DNA from: a virus
IMG/VR virus record: IMGVR_UViG_3300045988_117751
Coordinates: 1 to 15,902 of that record
Length of the DNA stretch: 15,902 nucleotides
Direction: 5' to 3' (one strand)
The notes under the pieces are model-generated. The model ran no database searches and was not told the origin of the DNA. It saw nothing but the letters and a program-made list of their open reading frames with translations. Position numbers and translations under genes: made by a program. Numbering within the stretch: position 1 is the first letter of the stretch; every line of letters starts with the position of its first letter. This document shows positions 14,636 through 15,902 of this stretch, one piece after another.

Positions 14636-14664
14636 ATTATATCAGTTGTTGTGGTGTTTGTCAA
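14636..14664 (-). promoter_or_regulatory. Consensus sigma-70-type promoter for the tRNA and replication operon
   Basis: On the minus strand: TTGACA (14664-14659), a 17-nt spacer, then TATAAT (14641-14636). Both hexamers match the consensus perfectly. Confidence 0.8.
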
Positions 14665-14776
14665 CGGATTTTTTAGATTTTTTAAAATTATCTGTTGACC
14701 ATTTAGCGCCGTGATATAAACCTAACTGATAAGCAAATATGGCACTCATAAGCATGGTTAATAAGTTATGAATCAT
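14642..14776 (-). CDS. Hypothetical 44-aa protein with one hydrophobic helix and a basic tail
   Basis: Below the ORF-track cut-off. RBS AGGAGA lies 8 nt before the ATG at 14776. Translates to MIHNLLTMLMSAIFAYQLGLYHGAKWSTDNFKKSKKSVDKHHNN. Its 3' end overlaps the downstream promoter. Confidence 0.4.
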   Translation of the reverse strand: MIHNLLTMLMSAIFAYQLGLYHGAKWSTDNFKKSKKSVDKHHNN

Positions 14777-14821
14777 TGTTTTTTTCTCCTTTCGTATGAA
14801 CAAAATGGACTAAATAATAAA

Positions 14822-14998
14822 TTATGGAAATTGAATTTCCGTATCTGAGTCTGCCTCTGGAGGATAATTATCCCCTTCTATTACCTGAAATGGGTAGCGC
14901 TTAAATTGTCTATAATATGCGTCACATACCTTATCATGCATGCATTCTCTGCATGTTCTACATAAATAGCAAATTATAACTAATTCTTTACTTTTCAT
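14822..14998 (-). CDS. Hypothetical 58-aa Cys-rich protein (C-x2-C-x2-C-x2-C-x5-C)
   Basis: Below the ORF-track cut-off. RBS AGGAGA lies 6 nt before the ATG at 14998. Translates to MKSKELVIICYLCRTCRECMHDKVCDAYYRQFKRYPFQVIEGDNYPPEADSDTEIQFP. Confidence 0.5.
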   Translation of the reverse strand: MKSKELVIICYLCRTCRECMHDKVCDAYYRQFKRYPFQVIEGDNYPPEADSDTEIQFP

Positions 14999-15039
14999 GT
15001 TTAGTCTCCTTTCTGGACTGAATTATCGTGTGAAATATT

Positions 15040-15333
15040 TTATATCACAATACCGCCGTTCTGACGCTCTGTGATGTTAAGCTCACACATCATTGCTATA
15101 ATTCGTGCTCCCTCGAACGAATCAAGACCTAACACTTCGATGCACTTTTCTTCTGGTACTACAGACCTGCCTGTTCGCTCTAAATCTCCGTTAAAATAAA
15201 TGTACAATTTTTTGTAACACATCACTGCGCGTCTGGTGTAATACCCTAATAACATTTCGTAGTAACACTCAGCATCTTCCATATCATCGTATTTATTTGC
15301 GGCTTCCTGTGCTAGCATCATTTTAATATTCAT
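15040..15333 (-). CDS. Hypothetical early protein (97 aa)
   Basis: ATG at 15333 with RBS AAGGAGAA 7 nt upstream. No motif recognised. Confidence 0.65.
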   Translation of the reverse strand: MNIKMMLAQEAANKYDDMEDAECYYEMLLGYYTRRAVMCYKKLYIYFNGDLERTGRSVVPEEKCIEVLGLDSFEGARIIAMMCELNITERQNGGIVI

Positions 15334-15374
15334 ATTGTTTTCTCCTTTTCTTATTGGTGTGTTTGCTTGTTACT

Positions 15375-15413
15375 AAAACCCTTCCCGGGAGTTGCACCCG
15401 GGTTGTACTAGGG
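15375..15413 (-). terminator. Two-tier hairpin plus TTTT after the first early gene (probable attenuator)
   Basis: On the minus strand: outer pairing CCCT/AGGG, inner stem CCCGGG (15402-15397) with CCCGGG (15389-15384) and a 7-nt loop, then TTTT (15378-15375). Confidence 0.45.
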
Positions 15414-15695
15414 CTATTTCTTATGTTTATACTGGGATTTAACACTAACTACAGCAAAAACATAATCATTAACAATAGGATTTTTCAATATTTCATTCCA
15501 ACCCGTATATTCATGCATTTCGTTAATCACATCTATAATTGAATACCTTTTTTTCGATTTAGCCAACCTAATCGCGACATTTAATTCCTGTGAAGCCATG
15601 TCAACGAAATTTAAGTCAATAGTAGCAAGCTGAAAATGGTCACGTGCTTTTTTAAGTAACATCTCAACTGTTTTGTCCTTTTTACATGTTTTCAT
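15414..15695 (-). CDS. Hypothetical early protein (93 aa), first gene at the right end
   Basis: I prefer the ATG at 15695 (RBS AAGGAGAA 6-7 nt upstream, MKTCKKDK...). The ORF-track start at 15755 lies upstream of the predicted transcription start. Confidence 0.65.
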   Translation of the reverse strand: MKTCKKDKTVEMLLKKARDHFQLATIDLNFVDMASQELNVAIRLAKSKKRYSIIDVINEMHEYTGWNEILKNPIVNDYVFAVVSVKSQYKHKK

Positions 15696-15745
15696 ATCCT
15701 TTTCTCCTTTTTTCTTTATTCTGTTTATTTCCTTTTGACAATTAT

Positions 15746-15774
15746 ATAATAACACATGTGTACCTATATGTCAA
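15746..15774 (-). promoter_or_regulatory. Right-end early promoter
   Basis: On the minus strand: TTGACA (15774-15769), a 17-nt spacer ending in TGT (extended -10 type), then TATTAT (15751-15746). Confidence 0.7.
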
Positions 15775-15780
15775 TACTAT

Positions 15781-15800
15781 TTGCACATAAATATTGCACA
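15781..15800. repeat. Direct repeat TTGCACA x2 (13-bp period) just upstream of the right-end promoter
   Basis: TTGCACA at 15781-15787 and at 15794-15800. In promoter orientation this reads TGTGCAA-N6-TGTGCAA-N6-TTGACA. Confidence 0.4.
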
Positions 15801-15833
15801 AAAATGAGCTGTAAATAATATATGATTTTCTAC

Positions 15834-15862
15834 TTGACAAATGTACTGGTTTGTGATATGAA
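15834..15862 (+). promoter_or_regulatory. Possible outward-facing promoter pointing into the right ITR
   Basis: On the plus strand: TTGACA (15834-15839), a 17-nt spacer ending in TGA, then TATGAA (15857-15862). The -10 lacks the final T. Only about 35 nt of template remain. Confidence 0.25.
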
Positions 15863-15875
15863 GGGGGAATATGGG

Positions 15876-15902
15876 GTACAGGGTTGGAATAGAATAGGCA
15901 TA
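15876..15902. repeat. Right inverted terminal repeat
   Basis: This is the reverse complement of nt 1-27. Confidence 0.9.

Noticed and set aside
14694-14720. Plus-strand TTGACC with a downstream TATAAA as a promoter
   Set aside because: The spacer is only 14 nt. It lies inside the 44-aa minus-strand ORF and has nothing to transcribe on the plus strand.
15696-15755. N-terminal extension of the first early ORF (track start at 15755)
   Set aside because: It would begin upstream of the transcription start implied by the 15746-15774 promoter. The ATG at 15695 has a strong RBS.

Overview
This 15,902-bp window reads as a complete linear genome of a small phi29-like, protein-primed podophage, probably of a Firmicutes-type host. 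The first and last 27 nt are perfect inverted complements (ITR), and a full phi29-style gene set lies between them. All genes but one are on the minus strand. Right arm, minus strand, about 15.77 kb down to 10.49 kb: an early promoter, four small orphan ORFs and a second consensus promoter. Next comes a ~270-nt untranslated RNA island holding a full-length tRNA(CAT). It is followed by a p6-like DNA-binding protein, a p5-like SSB, an attenuator hairpin, the terminal protein, a family-B protein-primed DNA polymerase and a 108-aa orphan. Left arm, minus strand, 9.19 kb down to 92: a near-consensus promoter, holin, a stand-alone peptidoglycan-binding protein, a CHAP plus tail-lysozyme hydrolase and a 56-aa ORF. 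These are followed by scaffold, major capsid protein (TTG start), a 129-aa ORF, gp9-like tail knob, gp10-like connector (GTG start), lower collar, and an appendage/receptor-binding protein with an embedded NlpC/P60-like domain. The only plus-strand gene is the gp16-like packaging ATPase (9295-10323). It is driven by one of two back-to-back divergent promoters next to a phased array of 9-10-bp repeats. It is followed by a 113-nt helix-closed non-coding segment and a bidirectional terminator. Most worth a second look: (1) the tRNA(CAT) and flanking hairpins in the replication-operon leader of such a compact genome; (2) the structured non-coding segment after the ATPase as a possible packaging-RNA analogue; (3) the divergent promoter and repeat switch region; (4) the unusual lysis and cell-wall-hydrolase arrangement; (5) the orphan early cassette at the right end; (6) a repeated GTTTCA-NN-TGAAAC palindrome in the replication module. 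All homology statements rest on recognised motifs and recollection of phi29 proteins, not on searches.
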